Shown: positions 9,846 to 23,445, counted from the first letter of the stretch. The stretch is 64,000 nucleotides of DNA from Tubulanus polymorphus (GCF_964204645.1 NC_134025.1:14508001-14572000), one strand, 5' to 3'. Numbers and translations are program-made. Notes: a model not told the origin generated them from the sequence alone.

Positions 9846-10127
9846 ACGCATTTTATAGTTTACTAAACTTTTTATTTTCACTAAACGAGGTTCTAACAAT
9901 TTTCAGCTTTCTAAAATATGGTTTGCACTTTTTTAATAGGAAAATACTATACGGTTTTGACAAAAAATCATAAGTTATATTTGAGGTTTAGATTTTTTTT
10001 CGATTTACGCAATTTATAGTTTACTAAATTCTTTATTTTCACTAAATGAGGTTCTAACAATTTTCAATTTTGAAAAATATGGTTTGCACTTTTTTAATAG
10101 GAAAATACTATACGGTTTTGACAAAAT
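9846..10127 (+). repeat. Two imperfect direct repeats of about 120 bp (period about 161) in the divergent intergenic region
   Basis: ACGCA.TTTATAGTTTACTAAA...GGAAAATACTATACGGTTTTGACAAAA occurs twice. Confidence 0.85.
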
Positions 10128-10217
10128 AACATTAGTTAAAATTACGGTTTGACTATTAATCGATTTTAGATATTCGAGGTTTGACTATTTTTTCATAAAC
10201 GCTATCGGACTTTCGTT

Positions 10218-10535
10218 TCATGTGTTAATATAAATTCTTCGTATGAAATATTTACGCTCCGGTTGAAGTTCAATCACGTCTAAACAAAATATAGCGCCGA
10301 CAATTTTATAAAGGAATCGCTCCGTCATATTTAATTCTTTCAAAACAATGCATAATCCATCTGGTTCGTCGCAATCTACAAATTCTCTGGCTAAACGTTG
10401 AATATCTGTTAAATGCCTTTGACCGAGTAACACTTGGTGTAATCGCGTGTAATCCAAAATCGTGAACAATAGCCTTCGTAATAGTCCGTCCATTGTACTC
10501 GATAGTCGCTCCATAATTGACTTGTAAACACTCAA
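10218..10535 (-). CDS. Hypothetical protein
   Basis: Globular-looking 105-aa ORF divergent from the zinc-finger gene. No recognisable motif. Confidence 0.35.
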   Translation of the reverse strand: MSVYKSIMERLSSTMDGLLRRLLFTILDYTRLHQVLLGQRHLTDIQRLAREFVDCDEPDGLCIVLKELNMTERFLYKIVGAIFCLDVIELQPERKYFIRRIYINT

Positions 10536-10588
10536 GATTAGTCTCTTTTAAAAATATTTCATATTCAATCTTTTTTTCCTCACAGAAA

Positions 10589-11090
10589 ATGTATTCATGC
10601 CAATACTGCCCGTTGACCTTTGCCAATGAACTTGGTTTGGAACAACACCAGCAACTGCACGTTGGTAAGAAGGGGTTTAAATGCTTGAGCTGTTGCAAAG
10701 CATTTGCGTGTGCGCGCGATTTAACGCACCACACCGTCATTTGTATGGCACCCCAACCGATTCAGCAACAGGCGTCTGTAGCTTTGGCTATTCCGGTAAG
10801 TAGATTAGAACCGTTCGTTTTAATTATTATGTGGTTGAACGTATTACCAAATATCTGTTTTTTATTTTCAGCAAATATGGGACTGCAATGCGGTCTTAAC
10901 TTTGCTAACCAGCAAACGCTGACGCGACACATGGGTTCCCATTTTGGGACTTCTGATTGTCAATGCGTCACACACATGTGGTAAGGTGTTTGCGCGCAAA
11001 GACCATTTGAAGCGACACGCTAAAACGTGTAAGGGATACGTTGTACAACACGACGTATCGTGGTCTGTACTACATCGGAGGCTAAACCGG
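10589..11090 (+). pseudogene. Spliced multi-C2H2 zinc-finger gene (intron 10796-10871), frameshifted in exon 2
   Basis: Fingers CQYC..HQQLH, CLSC..HTVIC, QCGLNF..HMGSH, TCGKVFARKDHLKRH. GTAAGT donors at 10796 and 11091, acceptor TTTTCAG at 10871. Confidence 0.75.
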
Positions 11091-11125
11091 TAAGTTTTGA
11101 AATTATGAGTTACAAAGAAAAACCG

Positions 11126-11127
<2 letters not shown>

Positions 11128-11175
<48 letters not shown>
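11128..11175. repeat. (TA)n microsatellite
   Basis: Direct reading. Confidence 0.95.
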
Positions 11176-11177
<2 letters not shown>

Positions 11178-11230
11178 TTTTTTAATATACATTCAATGTC
11201 ATTGTCTATTGAAGGGGTCCGAGTGTCCGA

Positions 11231-14200
11231 GTGCCGATTGCCTTACATACGAATGCCGGTGTGCCCCAAGGCAAGTGTGGATTGCGCGAGTTGGACGTAT
11301 TTTCGAAACAATTATCCGAATACTACATAATTGTTGTAACGGGGGATCATATCGCGTATCACATTTTATACGAGAACAATCGCAATGTGTTAGACGCTCA
11401 GGGTGTAAATGCCAAAAAACTTATATTATTATATACAGATGGCCATTTCGATGTAATTACATCGATGGCTTCATTTACCTGTCGCGTATACTATTGCTAC
11501 ATTTGTAAAAAAGGGTACATGAATACCGAGCGACATCGCTGTACCGATAAATGTAGACTTTGCTTTGGGGATTGCGTAGAACAACGGGGAAATTATTTGT
11601 GTATAAAATGCAATATCTATTTTAAATCGGAAGCGTGTTTAGCCAGACACTGTAGACCAAGAGCAGACGGGGTAAGCGTATGCGATTCGAGAGCGAGATG
11701 TTTACAATGCGGGTCTATTGTATCTAGAAAGAAACTTGATCCTAAATCTCACGACTGCGGTCAAAAATACTGCAGTTCTTGTAAAGAGCAAAAGCCTAGC
11801 GGCCATCTTTGCTACATCGGGGTCGCCAAAAGTCAGGATCATGTGGTTTCTGAGGAGCAGGGTAACCCTCATACACTAATTAACCCGTATTTGGATGCCG
11901 ATAAGGCTGGCGATGAGCTAAAATATAGAAAGTTCATCGCATTCGATTTCGAAACAACGACTGTGGAATCGAACCACGTTGTAGTATTGGGTATAGCGCA
12001 TAGAATATGTCAAATGTGTAAATGGTCGAAACGGACCCCTGACTCGGTTTGCGATTATTGCGGTAAACATGAACACGTGTTTAAAACGGACTCTGAATTC
12101 TGCGAGTGGTTGTTTACGGAAGAGAATAGGGGCGCCATTGTTTTCGCGCATAATTTTCAATCCTTTGACGGTTACTTTATTCTTCAATATTTGGTGTCAC
12201 AAGGTATATTACCAGATATTGTACCAAACGGCGGGAAAATAATGACTATGACCGTCACACATTTGGACATAAAGTTTTTGGACACGTTGAATTTTCTACC
12301 AATGAAACTCGCTAAATTACCCGAAACACTAGGTATTCCCGAGTTGAAAAAGGGCTATTTTCCGTATAAATTCTGCACTCGCGAGAATATTGATTACGTC
12401 GGACCTATTCCCGATGTAGAATATTACAATCCCGACGGTCTAAGTTCGAGCGAAAGGTCTGATTTAATAAAGTGACATAGCGATCGGCAGTCGGAACATT
12501 TCATTTTTGATATGCAACGCGAGTTGGTCGAATACTGTCGTTCAGATGTGGATATTCTGATGCAATCGGTCGTAAATTTTCAACATCAATTCTTTGCTCT
12601 TTCGGCTGTTGATCCATTTCGTAATAGCATCACTATAGCATCGGCGTTCAATGTGGCATTACGAACAAACTTTTTGAAACCGAAAACAATAGGGCTAATC
12701 CCTCCAGGCGGTTATAAACCTAATGCAAAATTTTCCAAGATGGCAATTAACTGGTTGAAATGGGTATCCACAACGAATGACATACGAGTCCAACACGCGT
12801 TGAACGGCGGCGAAGTATCAATTGACCGCTTTAAAGTAGACGGTTATCACGCCGAATCCAATACCGTGTACGAATTCACGGTTGTTTATATCACGGATGC
12901 CCTAAGTGTTTCAAAAATCCGGATTTGATATCTCCGGTACGACCCGATCGTAAATTTGGTGAATTATATCAGGCCACATTAGAAAAAACATCTAAAATTA
13001 GAGCTTTGGGTTACAATTTGGTAGAATTTTGGGAACACGAATATCGTGACTTGGTTAAAGAAAACCACGCGTTTGCAGATTTTGTCAAGAAATCTGATAT
13101 TCTCGATCCATTGCAACCACGTGACGCATTTTTTGGAGGTCGTACGAACGCGATAAAAATTTATCGCCAAGCCGAGGGTGAAGAAAAAATCAAATATATC
13201 GACATATGCTCGTTATACCCGTATGTCAACAGTCGTTGCAGTTATCCAATCGGTCATCCGACTATTGTGACTGAAAATTTCCGCGATATTGAAAATTATT
13301 ACGGGTTGATAAAGTGTAAGGTTTTACCGCCTCGGGGTTTATATCTACCAGTGCTCCCATATAGATCGGGTGGGAAATTGACTTTCCCATTGTGTCGAAC
13401 GTGCGCTAATGAAAGCAATCAGCGCGAAAAGTGTCATCACTCGGATGATGAACGTTCGATAACGGGTACCTGGGTAACTTTAGAGGTACAAAAAGCAGTG
13501 AAACTTGGTTATAAGATATTAGATATATATGAAATTTGGGATTGGGAAACTAACGAAACGGGTTTATTCGAGGATTATATAGGAAAATTCCTCAAAGTTA
13601 AAACTGAAGCTAGTGGCTGGCCGGCTAAAGATATGTCTCGCGAACAGAAGGATAAATTCATTTCCGATTATTTAGAGAGAGAGGGTATCCAACTCGAAGA
13701 AGATAAGATTAAGAAAGCCAAGGGGATGCGAACAGTCGCGAAATTATGTTTAAATTCGATGTGGGGTAAACTCGGTCAAAACGAAAATAAGACGACGGCC
13801 AAATATATTTCGGACCCCGGAGAATTACATAGAATGCTTTTGGATGAAACTTAGAGATAAGCGATCTGTTGTTGTGTAATGACGAGGTGTTAAGAGTGCA
13901 TTACAAAAAACGCGAAGAATTTGTCGAATCGACAAACAAAACCAGCGTCGCTTTAGCAGCTTTCACAACGACTCATGCGCGGCTTATTCTCTATAGTTAT
14001 ATGGAGAAATTAGGGGAACGAACCCTATACACGGATACCGACTCCATTATTTATAGCGTGAAACCTGGTGAATGGGATCCGCCAACCGGTAATTTTTTGG
14101 GTGATATGACTGATGAGTTGGTTGATAAATACGGGGAGGGGTCGTTTATTTCAGAATTTGTTTCGGCTGGACCCAAAAATTATGCATATCGGGTATTTAG

Positions 14201-14474
14201 TCCTAGAGATAATGAATTCTCGACTGAATGTAAGGTTAAAGGGATCAATTTGAATTTTCGAAACAAGCAAATTGTAAACTTTGGTTCCATGGTGGATATA
14301 ATTGTCGAAGAAAAGTACGACCATCATTACATATTAAATCCCGACAAAATCAATAGAAAGATCAAGGACTGCTCTATTTACAATAGAGACGAACGTAAAA
14401 TATATCGCACCGTTTATACAAAACGAGCTTTTGACCCCGCAGATCGGTATAACACGCTTCCGTACGGATATTAA
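11231..14474 (+). pseudogene. Protein-primed family-B DNA polymerase with inserted Vsr-like nuclease domain; split by stops and frameshifts (about 12475, 12880, 13854)
   Basis: Exo motifs FDFET, HNFQSFDG, YCRSDV. Pol motifs GGRT, DICSLYP, KLCLNSMWGK, YTDTDS, GPKNY, KVKG. Vsr-like VDGY..YEF..WEHE. Confidence 0.95.
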
Positions 14475-14475
14475 T

Positions 14476-15058
14476 GTAACAGAGTGAAAAGACAAAAATA
14501 TAGTTACCTATTTATTTATTTATTCTATTTATTGCGTATTTATTGTTAATAAATGTTTTTTAATTGTTGACATTAATTTGTTTTACATTTATTTTTTGAA
14601 TTTTTGGTTTACTTCGTTTCACCCGTACTCGGGATTCCTTGGAAAAGCGCCATCTAGGATTTACTCCTCCCCCTCCTCTCACACACACGCATAGGATGTC
14701 GTACCCAATAAATAAATTTGGATTTGTTGTCAATAAATAAAATTGGATTTAACATCATCAATAAATTGATTTGGATTTGTTGTCAATTTATTGATTTGGA
14801 TTTTAACCGCCAATTCCGGTCGCCATCTTGGATTACGCCACTTCCGGTCGCCATCTTGGATTACGCCACTTCCGGTCGCCATCTTGGATTACGTCACTTC
14901 CGGTCGCCATCTTGGATTACGTCACTTCCGGTCGCCATCTTGGATTACGTCACTTCCGGTCGCCATCTTGGATTACGTCACTTCCGGTATGACGTCATCC
15001 CCCCTCCCCCTCCTCCCCTCACTCCACTGCGGTACCATAGTGACAACATGTAACTACT
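14476..15058 (-). repeat. Right TIR of Polinton-A with six tandem 28-bp units (14813-14980)
   Basis: Unit CTTCCGGTCGCCATCTTGGATTACGYCA x6. The remainder is the reverse complement of the left TIR. Confidence 0.95.
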
Positions 15059-16040
15059 TGTGTGTGTAGAACGTTTGGGCGAAGGTATTATCCCCCGGTA
15101 TCACGCGTAAAACAAACAGAAAACATATTTTCATACATAGGTCATCGCATTATAGAAATTGAACTGTTGACAAGTTGTATTAAATCTGTATAGATGAAAC
15201 ACTTTTAAGGAAAACGCATTATGTCCGTAGTTCCTTTATATCTACTATTGACTGTGCGCCTCGGGCTCAGTCAACTCGCCATCTTCATGATTGTGTGATG
15301 GAGTGACTATCACCACAGAGAGTTGACCAGATCCGAAGGAGTAAAGTCGAAGAGCGTGTTGTATTTTGTGAATCTAAACAGCATCTGACTATATTACTAC
15401 AGTATAGGGTTACAGTACAGTACACATGGCGCGAAAACATCAACCAATCATATAAGAGAGACATCAACGAATCATATAAGAGAACCAACACATGTCGTTC
15501 TCGACACTCCGGGGGCGGCGGTAAGCGCCGAATTTGAAAGTTTACTCTAAGATAACATGTATCGCATTAAATTGAAAGATATTAATAATCACTATACTAA
15601 GTAATAGTTTCACGTATGAAATTGAATCGCCATAAGGGCTAGAAATAGAGACATTGCGTTGTGTTGAATAAATGAGTACATAAAGACTATTTCATAATAA
15701 ATGACTATCTATAGAAAGCAAGTTAACATCGTATCGAATAACATTTAAATTCATTAATCCGCTTTATAGTAATAATAAGTAATTCCCAACACCAAGAGTG
15801 ATTAAACGATATTTCAAGTCCTTTCCGGTAAAGAAAAGTTTCGAAGCAAACGCGTTATTTGTTTAAGATCGGAAACGATTAAAGTTCAGAAAACGCGTAA
15901 AAACGATAACGTGTTTGACCTCGCGGCCGACGAAGAATTTAACGTAAACACGCATGCAGAATCACGTGATGTAAACATAGTCGAGTAAAAAGGCAATAAT
16001 AGCCTACGCATCGGTTTCATACATATAATCCAGACAGAGT

Positions 16041-16442
16041 TCAGTCTTTTAATAATTTCGTCCAATTTCTAATCTTTCGCTGAGCGTTGGCTGCGGCCAG
16101 CCTGGTCGCACGCGTTTTCGGTTGATTTGTATCGGTAATCGTACCGGTATCCGATGAATCATCGACAGATTTCGCGTTAATTTCCAGCGGATATAATTTC
16201 GATACGGGTCGGTTCGTACGGCCGGTACTTGTTCTAATATCCGCTGATCGCACAAGTCCATCGGCGCTAACGTTTAATTTCTCGACGAGTGCCATACGCC
16301 AGTGTATTCGCTTCTTGTTGTCCTCGTGCACTAAAACAATGCCGCCAGTTTTTATTTTGTTTTCGAGTTTCCCGTTGAGTTTCGCACGTTCTCTGAGCGC
16401 TATCAAGTATTCACGGCTCCATTGTCGTTTGAATGAACTCAA
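16041..16442 (-). pseudogene. BEL/Pao pol C-terminus (post-integrase DUF5641-type region)
   Basis: WSREYL..LRE, WRMALVEKL..DGLVRSA..RPVSKLYPLE. Confidence 0.88.
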
Positions 16443-18880
16443 AAGTTCGATCCATATTTTTCCGGATCAATGATCTTTAAGATACCCGCTTTTTCTAACT
16501 GTTCGTGTTGTATCGACATGGTAGTCTCGTCGACAGATTCATCAGTTTTAATTTCGTTATCGGCTTGAAATCGCGAGACTGGCCAATCGCCGACTTTCAA
16601 CCAGTCGGGCCCGTGCCACCATAGTGTTGAGTTGGCCAGTTGATGAGTGGTTATACCGCGTGTTAGTAGATCCGCTGGGTTATCTTGAGTCGGTACGTAA
16701 TTCAATTCCACATCGAGATTGTCTAGCTTCAAGGAGTTTATCTCGTGCACCCGATTTTGAACGAAACACGGAAGTCGATTTTCACTCCTAGTCCAACTTA
16801 GGACTATCTCGCTATCGGACCAGATAATCGCTTTGCTGAAATTGTAGCATGGATTGAGCGCATCGAATGAATATTTGATCAAACGGGCGCCGACGACGGC
16901 GGCCATTAGCTCGAGGCGCGGTAACGAGAGCTGTTTAACGGGTGCAACTCTGTTTTTCGCTATGACAAGCGCGGTGTTTTCCCCTTGACGTAGATAAACG
17001 GTGGCTCCGTAGCCACGTGAACTCGCGTCCACAAAGCTATGTAACTCAGTATCGGTATCCTCCGACGGCGCAGAAAAATACTTCCGGTTAATCGTTATTT
17101 TTCTCGCATTTTGTAGATCGCGGTACAAAGTTTTCCAGTTATTGCTCACCTCGTCTGGTAATAATTCATCCCACGAGACATTCGCTTTCCATAATTCTTG
17201 GATGAATATTTTTGATTTGATGTGAACCGGTGATAACAGTCCTAACGGATCATAGAGACTCGCCACGCTCCTGACGATTTCGCGCTTCGTAATAATTTCT
17301 GGTTCGCTATGCTCGATCGCTTGTTTGTATTTAAGCCTGTCCTGATTGACATCCCACAGGAGTCCTAGGTTGCTGACAACGTCATGTCCGTTCAATAAGT
17401 TGTCTTTACTCGCAATATGTCTGAGGTTTTCGCTGTTACTAGTCCACTCACATAGTTTAAATCCTGCGTCGGACATCATCCGATTCGCATTATGGTAATA
17501 ATCGATCGCTGTCGATTCGTCTTTCACCGACGTAACGACGTTGTCTACGTATATGCTCGATTTCATATCGTTAGCTACCGTGCTCTTATCTTTGTCCAAA
17601 TGTGATTTTATGACGGCATTGAGAATAAACGGCGAGCACGCTGCTCCGAATAATACAGATTTAAATTGATACGTAATGAATTTGCTTTCGGGGTCGTTTG
17701 GATCGCTTAGCCAGAAAAATTTCGTGAATTTCCGGTCTGGCTCGGCTAGGCCCACTTGAAGGAAGGCCTTTTCGATGTCGCTACTAAGTCCAACGTCGCA
17801 TGTACGAAAGTTCATCAAGATCGAACCAAGATCGTTAAGCAGTAGCGGTCCTTTTTCCAGGCAGTCATTTAAACTCGGAGACTGACGCGTACGGAAGCTA
17901 CAATCGTAGACGACGCGAATTGGTGTTGTAGCTGAGTCTTTCTTCACCGAGTAGTGCGGTATATAATCACCTTCGGATTCGTTTTCCTCGTGGATCGACT
18001 CGATGAATCCACGCGCTATTTGATCTTCGATAATTCGATCATAGATTTTTCGGGTATCGTTATTTAGTTTCCTGACAATCGCTCGCGTTCGGTTGGCTGT
18101 GTTCAGTCTATTGGTCGGTAATGGAGGGTGTTCCGGCCTCCATGGTAGCTGCGCAACGTATTGGTTTCCCGCCATTTCGATACAATCCGTCGCGTAATTT
18201 TCAAACGTAAGTTCTTCGTTTATCGGGTGTTTTATCCCGAGTGTTTCGACCCTCCAAAAGTTTTCGAGTTGGTCTCGTTCATGAGTATCATCGGTGAGGA
18301 TAAAGTTCGCGTAGTCACGACGGTCGTGACTCGAGTTTTTTAGCGGACCCGAAAGAAGATAACCGAGTTTTGACGCAACCGCTGTGGGGCCGTTGCCCCT
18401 GACGACTTTGTCCTCAACTAAGGACCAGTAGTAGTTGGATCCAATTAATAGAGCGATTTCGAACGATTCACGACCGCTTACAGGGTGCGCCAGTTTCAGA
18501 CCCGATAGATAAGGTAAATTACGTGTATCTTTGATGTGATTACTCATAGGTGTCGTAATGTTCGATTTTACGAGTGCGCTTATCGGCACGTCTCCAGTTT
18601 CGGTTTTAATGGCTAACTTGACCCGGTCGTATTTCCTTTGTTTAGATTTAGTATCTCCGAAGATCGAAAGATTCAGTATTTCGCTCGACTCCGGTTTCAA
18701 GTTTAATTTCACGGCTGTTTCCTCCGTGATCCATGTTCGGGTCGAGCCTTCATCAAACAATATGCTGACGGTCTCGGAGTTTTGATGTTTTTCATCAGTA
18801 ATTTCAGCAACAGCTGTCTTTAAGACGACTGGCGTCGATACGGTGATTGAGTCTTGTGAATTTAGCACGCCGATGTACAT
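16439..18880 (-). pseudogene. BEL/Pao pol: aspartic protease, reverse transcriptase, RNase H
   Basis: LFDEGS, TTPIRVVYD, DIEKAFLQ, FGAACSPF, YVDN, FVDAS, PRLELMAA, NPADLLTRG, WWHGPDWL. Confidence 0.93.
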
Positions 18881-19243
18881 TTGCCTGTCATCGCATCGCG
18901 GGTTCTGATCGTTATGACCAGCTGATTGTGGTTTTTTGCCGCATAGAGATGTATGGTGTTCATCTGAACATACGGAACAGCAATAGCGTGACCTGCAATC
19001 TCTGGCTTAGTGATTTTTTCTCAAACAATTTCGGCAGAGATATTCTCTTTTCACTATATCCATCCGTTTTTCCAGAGTGTTATAGATCAGACAATCCCTT
19101 GATTTGTGGTCTTTCTTGCAGTAGTTACATTGAATTTTATAATTACGGTCTAGACGGCTTGTTTGATTTCGTTTTCTGTGATGAATTAATAACGACGTGT
19201 CTGTGGTTTCGTGTTCTGAATCGCTGATGAGCACACTTTGAAT

Positions 19244-19693
19244 CGGTCATCCTTATTACCGAGATGATGTATTTTACCGAGATGAACCGAGATCAACCGA
19301 GATGAAATTAAATATAACATATTCATTTATTCCATATCGATTTTAACCATTGAAATCATATTATATCAGTAATAAATGCCTGCTGGGTTCATATTTTACA
19401 TATTTTGTCGGATATTTTTGGAAAAATAACTTTTAACTTTACCGAGATGAGATCGTCGATCAATCAAATTCAATGAAATTTTATTGCTAACCGAGTTTAC
19501 GTTTTTTGAGTCAAAATTTCTTTAAATAAAAAAATATGTAAAATATGACTCTAGGAGGTATTTATTACTGATATAACATGATTTCAAGTGTTAAAATCGA
19601 TAAGGAATAAATAAATATGTTATATTTAATTTCATCTCGGTTGATCTCGGTTCATCTCGGTAAAATACATCATCTCGGTAATAAGGATGACCC
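19244..19693. mobile_element. Palindromic MITE inserted in BEL gag
   Basis: Long TIRs (GGTCATCCTTATTACCGAGATG...). Perfect 8-bp TSD CTTTGAAT at 19236-19243 and 19694-19701. Confidence 0.92.
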
Positions 19694-20664
19694 CTTTGAA
19701 TGGCTTGTCCTGCCAGACCCGCTTGAATCTCTTTCTGTAACGCTTTCTTCAATTCAGTTAAATTCCATGCTGAATCACCATGGTCGCGTGTGATCTGAGT
19801 TTTAATTCCCGACGGGAGTTTCTCGAATATGACTGGAATCAGGAGATCCCCATAGCTTTCCTCGGTCTTACCGAGAGATTTTAGACCCCTGATATAGCCT
19901 TCCAGTTCATCGTAGAACTTTTTCATCTGTTGTACATTTTCGCGTGGTTTTGGCAATTCCCACAATGCCTTCATATAAACGTTGATCAATTTATGAGTTT
20001 GTCCGTACCTGTTTTTCAAAAGTTCAATGGCTTCGACGTAGTTGTTATTGGTCAGTGATAAGCCCTCGACGCATAGGGCCGCTTCTCCGCTGAGTTGCGC
20101 ACGAAGATACTGGAATTTTTGGATGTCGTCTAATCCGGTATCGTTGTGGATAGCTGATTCGAATGCATCTATAAAGCCGATCCATTGTAGTAAATCCCCG
20201 CTGAATGTCGGTAAATGTAACTTAGGTAGATTGACTTGCCTTGATTTGTTGTTAATCGGTTGATGAGTTGTCGTTGTCGTCGGTTTCGTGTCATTATTGA
20301 ACGTTTCAATAAAGAATCTATACTTTTGTATTTCGATAATCCGTTCGAATGCGAAATCATCTGCTTCTGCGATAGATGATTGTAGATTTTCATCAGGCGT
20401 CAACGAGAGAATTGTTTGATCTAGTTCTTGTATGAGGTTTAGCTTTGTGACCGCTGATGATATGATTGCTACCAGATCTTGAACTTCGGCTAGGCCTACT
20501 TTTGTTGATCCGGATTGTAGGCTCTGGTAGACCTCTTCTGCACGATTGAGGTATTTAGATAACTGCCCTCGGTGGGCCAACCGAGATGCTGTAGGACGCT
20601 TCGTTTGGTCCATTTCGTTTTGACGCTCAGTTTCGTCATTCGCATTTTCCGATGTCGTCGACAT
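19694..20664 (-). pseudogene. BEL/Pao gag (DUF1759-type); zinc-knuckle part continues below 19236
   Basis: LPKLHLPTFSGD..W..F, QKFQYLRAQLSGEA, NYVEAIELLKNRYG. CNYC..H..C and CRNC..H in the 19007-19234 ORF. Confidence 0.9.
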
Positions 20665-20665
20665 A

Positions 20666-20683
20666 ATCCTGGTCACGGCACCA
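20666..20683 (-). other. Primer-binding site complementary to the tRNA-His 3' end
   Basis: TGGTGCCGTGACCAGGAT directly inside the 5' LTR. Confidence 0.85.
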
Positions 20684-22375
20684 AATGTGATGGAGTGACG
20701 ATCACCACAGAGAGTTGACCAGATCCGAAGGAGTAAAGTCGAAGAGCGTGTTGTATTTTGTGAATCTAAACAGCATCTGACTTTATTACTACAGTATAGG
20801 GTTACAGTATAGTACACATGGCGCGAAAACATCAACCAATCATATAAGAGAGACATCAACGAATCATATAAGATAACCAACACATGTCGTTCTCGACAGA
20901 TTGAAATATTTGATTAGGCAGTCCTATCAAAAGTGGCGTTAATTCATACAAGCGAATAATTTGTTGTTTCCAAAGGTTTTTGTTACCGGCTCGTCTACAC
21001 GGTAATGGTCGTAATTCCCCGGTAAAAATCCCCTAAGAATATACCCATTAAAGAGCTTATGATTTGCTGCCGCCGGTATGTTTTCGTTTGTATTGCAAAA
21101 TTAAGTCAAAAATAACTGGAATCGTTTTAGAGGATTTCTGTGAAAATTTTCAATTTTTCCCCACACGTCAACAAGTGCCTTTCAAATCAAGATCGATTCA
21201 TCATGCGTAAAAACGATTGAAGCAATTTTTGCCGTTTTATTTATCTATGGTTTGATACGTCAAGATTTCAGTAAAAAGGGCAACATCATCGTTTATGTTA
21301 GCGAAGCTTGGTATACAAGCAAGCTGACAATAACAAGCCATTGAATTTTATCTGACTTTGTATAGCTTATTATATATAGAAAGTCAGTGATTAAGTCCTA
21401 AGTAAATATTGCTCAATTAAAGAGAATTCATTATGACAATGTACAAGCGATGACAGGCCTATGAGGCACCCGTAAATCAAAAATGTATTTCACGAATTTT
21501 GCTGTGCGATGCGATAAATTATTGAAACTTTTTATTTGAAATATCTTTGAAATACTATTTGAAATTTGAAATATTATTTTACCAGTGCGATAACTTTTAG
21601 TATTAGTTTAGTATTAATGAAGTATTTCAATCTTTGGATAAACGTTGGAAAAATGGCAAGGGGAAAATTACCGCTAAATAAACATTAGAATTTGCAGGTT
21701 TTGTAATAACTTTGAATTGTTAAATTTTACTGGACATTGGTGTATGCTGAATATCACGAACAACGAAACATATATCTCATACAAACGTTGATTGTCTTTT
21801 TCAACTTTCTTCATTTCAATAACAATCAATCGATTTTTAAGTCGATTTAATTACCGGGATAGCGACTATATGCGTTTGTGCTTTTAATCAACTAATTTCC
21901 GAATCCGTGGTATGTCAATCAAATAATAATTTTTAAGTCGAGAAAAAGTAAGATGCATTCTATCAACTAATTTCAATGTAAAGACTGTAATGCTTCGTAT
22001 ATGAATCAATACTAAAGCATTCATACCGCAGGCCACTTAATCTTAAGCTTGATTGTGAGAGGTGTTTAAACATAATGGTCACATGAGTAATTAAATGGTT
22101 GTGTCACAAAGGGAGAAATCTGCCTTAGACATATCACACTTCCCTGGATTGACTTTGGGAGGAATATTCTAACCAAGTTCAATTTTCACAATAGCGGTCC
22201 TCTTAATTGGTGACACTCAAAGAACGCGCGGCTCAGATTTCTATTGTGCGCCTATCGCGCGCTGCGCGTGAATCACTTACGTAATCTTTTCTGTAAATGT
22301 GAAGACCTCGGGGGCATTATGTTCTCTAAAGCCCAATATTATCCCAAATTCCGGACTGTTAATAGGTTGATTTTA

Positions 22376-23139
22376 AGGCTGGCTTATGTCGACAAGCAAC
22401 GCGACGCCTACCGACGCAACTGAGAGCAACCGCGATCGCAGCCCAGCTTATGTCGACTGCGCTCCGATTCGCAGCAACTGAGGCCGACTAGCGGGATATG
22501 AGATCCTCCCAGTTGCTTCCCTGCTTATGTCGGTTGCGATTACTAGCAACTGCAACGGCTCAATTGATCACGTGATAAGCATTTTGGGAATAAATTTGAA
22601 TTATTAGAAAAGCTATTTCTTTAAGACTTTGATCTTTCTGATTCTGTTTTGAATACAACGTGCTAGCGACATCTATAAAGATGGCTGCTCACACCATAAT
22701 TCTACCAATTTCGTTTCTAGATCTTCGGTCCAGTCCTCTGCCGTGCTGAAGGTTTGGCTTACGTTTTGAACTACTTGAATTTGAAAGTTTATGACTAATT
22801 ACGAATGACGCTAACTAGCGGTGATAATTTGTACTATGTATATGCGGTCTCTCATTGGCTGGAACCCTGCGCTCAGTTCCGTCGCGTCGCAGATGAGCTT
22901 ATGTCGGCTGCGATCGAAAGCAACTGCCCGCCTACCGTAGGCTGGAGTAGAACATGGGCAACTAGCCGGATACGGCTTGCGACGAGTCGGTAGGCGTCGC
23001 GTTGCCGTCGCAAGCCGGCTTATGTCGAACCGATTGAGGAGCAACTGGCGGCCTCTCGTAGGCCGTTAGTTGCCGCTAATCGGCGATAAACCCAGTTGTG
23101 TCGGTAGGCGTCGCGTTGCTTGTCGAGATAAGCCAGCCT
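22376..23139. mobile_element. PIF/Harbinger-type MITE
   Basis: About 40-bp TIRs AGGCTGGCTTATGTCGACAAGCAACGCGACGCCTACCGAC. TTA TSD on both sides. Confidence 0.88.
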
Positions 23140-23300
23140 TTACGGCAGAGTCGACACGTTACAACAATTTTTAACTGTTCATTTATGAATATTTGAGGAC
23201 TTATGAACTAAAAATTAGTTAAATTTTTGATACATTTTGAGAAAGTCACAAAACAGTTGAGACTGCGTTAGGTATGTTTCCGACTAGGACAAGGCTAACA

Positions 23301-23445
23301 TCTGCGGATCCAGGATTTCGGGGAGAGGGTGCACAAATTAGGAAGGGGGGTCTGAGGGTCCTCGCCCAGAAAATATTTTTAAATTAGATGCACGGAGACG
23401 CGTTCTAGGCACGATCAGAGTACGTCTGACCTGGATCCGCCGCTG
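23301..23445. mobile_element. Short hAT-like MITE remnant
   Basis: Inverted ends GCGGATCCAGG / CCTGGATCCGC. TSD not resolved. Confidence 0.5.

Larger units (their letters stand above)
228..15058. mobile_element. Polinton/Maverick element A (adintovirus-like), full-length but degenerate
   Basis: Long TIRs. Right end ...ACTACT (canonical AGTAGT terminus), left end ATTAGT (1 mismatch). 6-bp TSD TGTGTG at 222-227 and 15059-15064. Contains pPolB, rve integrase, A32-type ATPase, adenain, MCP and mCP. Confidence 0.96.
15294..20898 (-). mobile_element. BEL/Pao LTR retrotransposon, non-autonomous (integrase deleted, gag interrupted)
   Basis: 213-bp LTRs TG...CA at 15294-15506 and 20686-20898 (about 4 mismatches). 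5-bp TSD GATTG. PBS present. Confidence 0.96.

Noticed and set aside
14813-14980. 28-bp repeat array as a CRISPR array, or ORFs 14718-15053 and 14791-15069 as genes
   Set aside because: The units are contiguous with no spacers, there are no cas genes, and the context is eukaryotic. The ORFs are translations of the TIR repeat.
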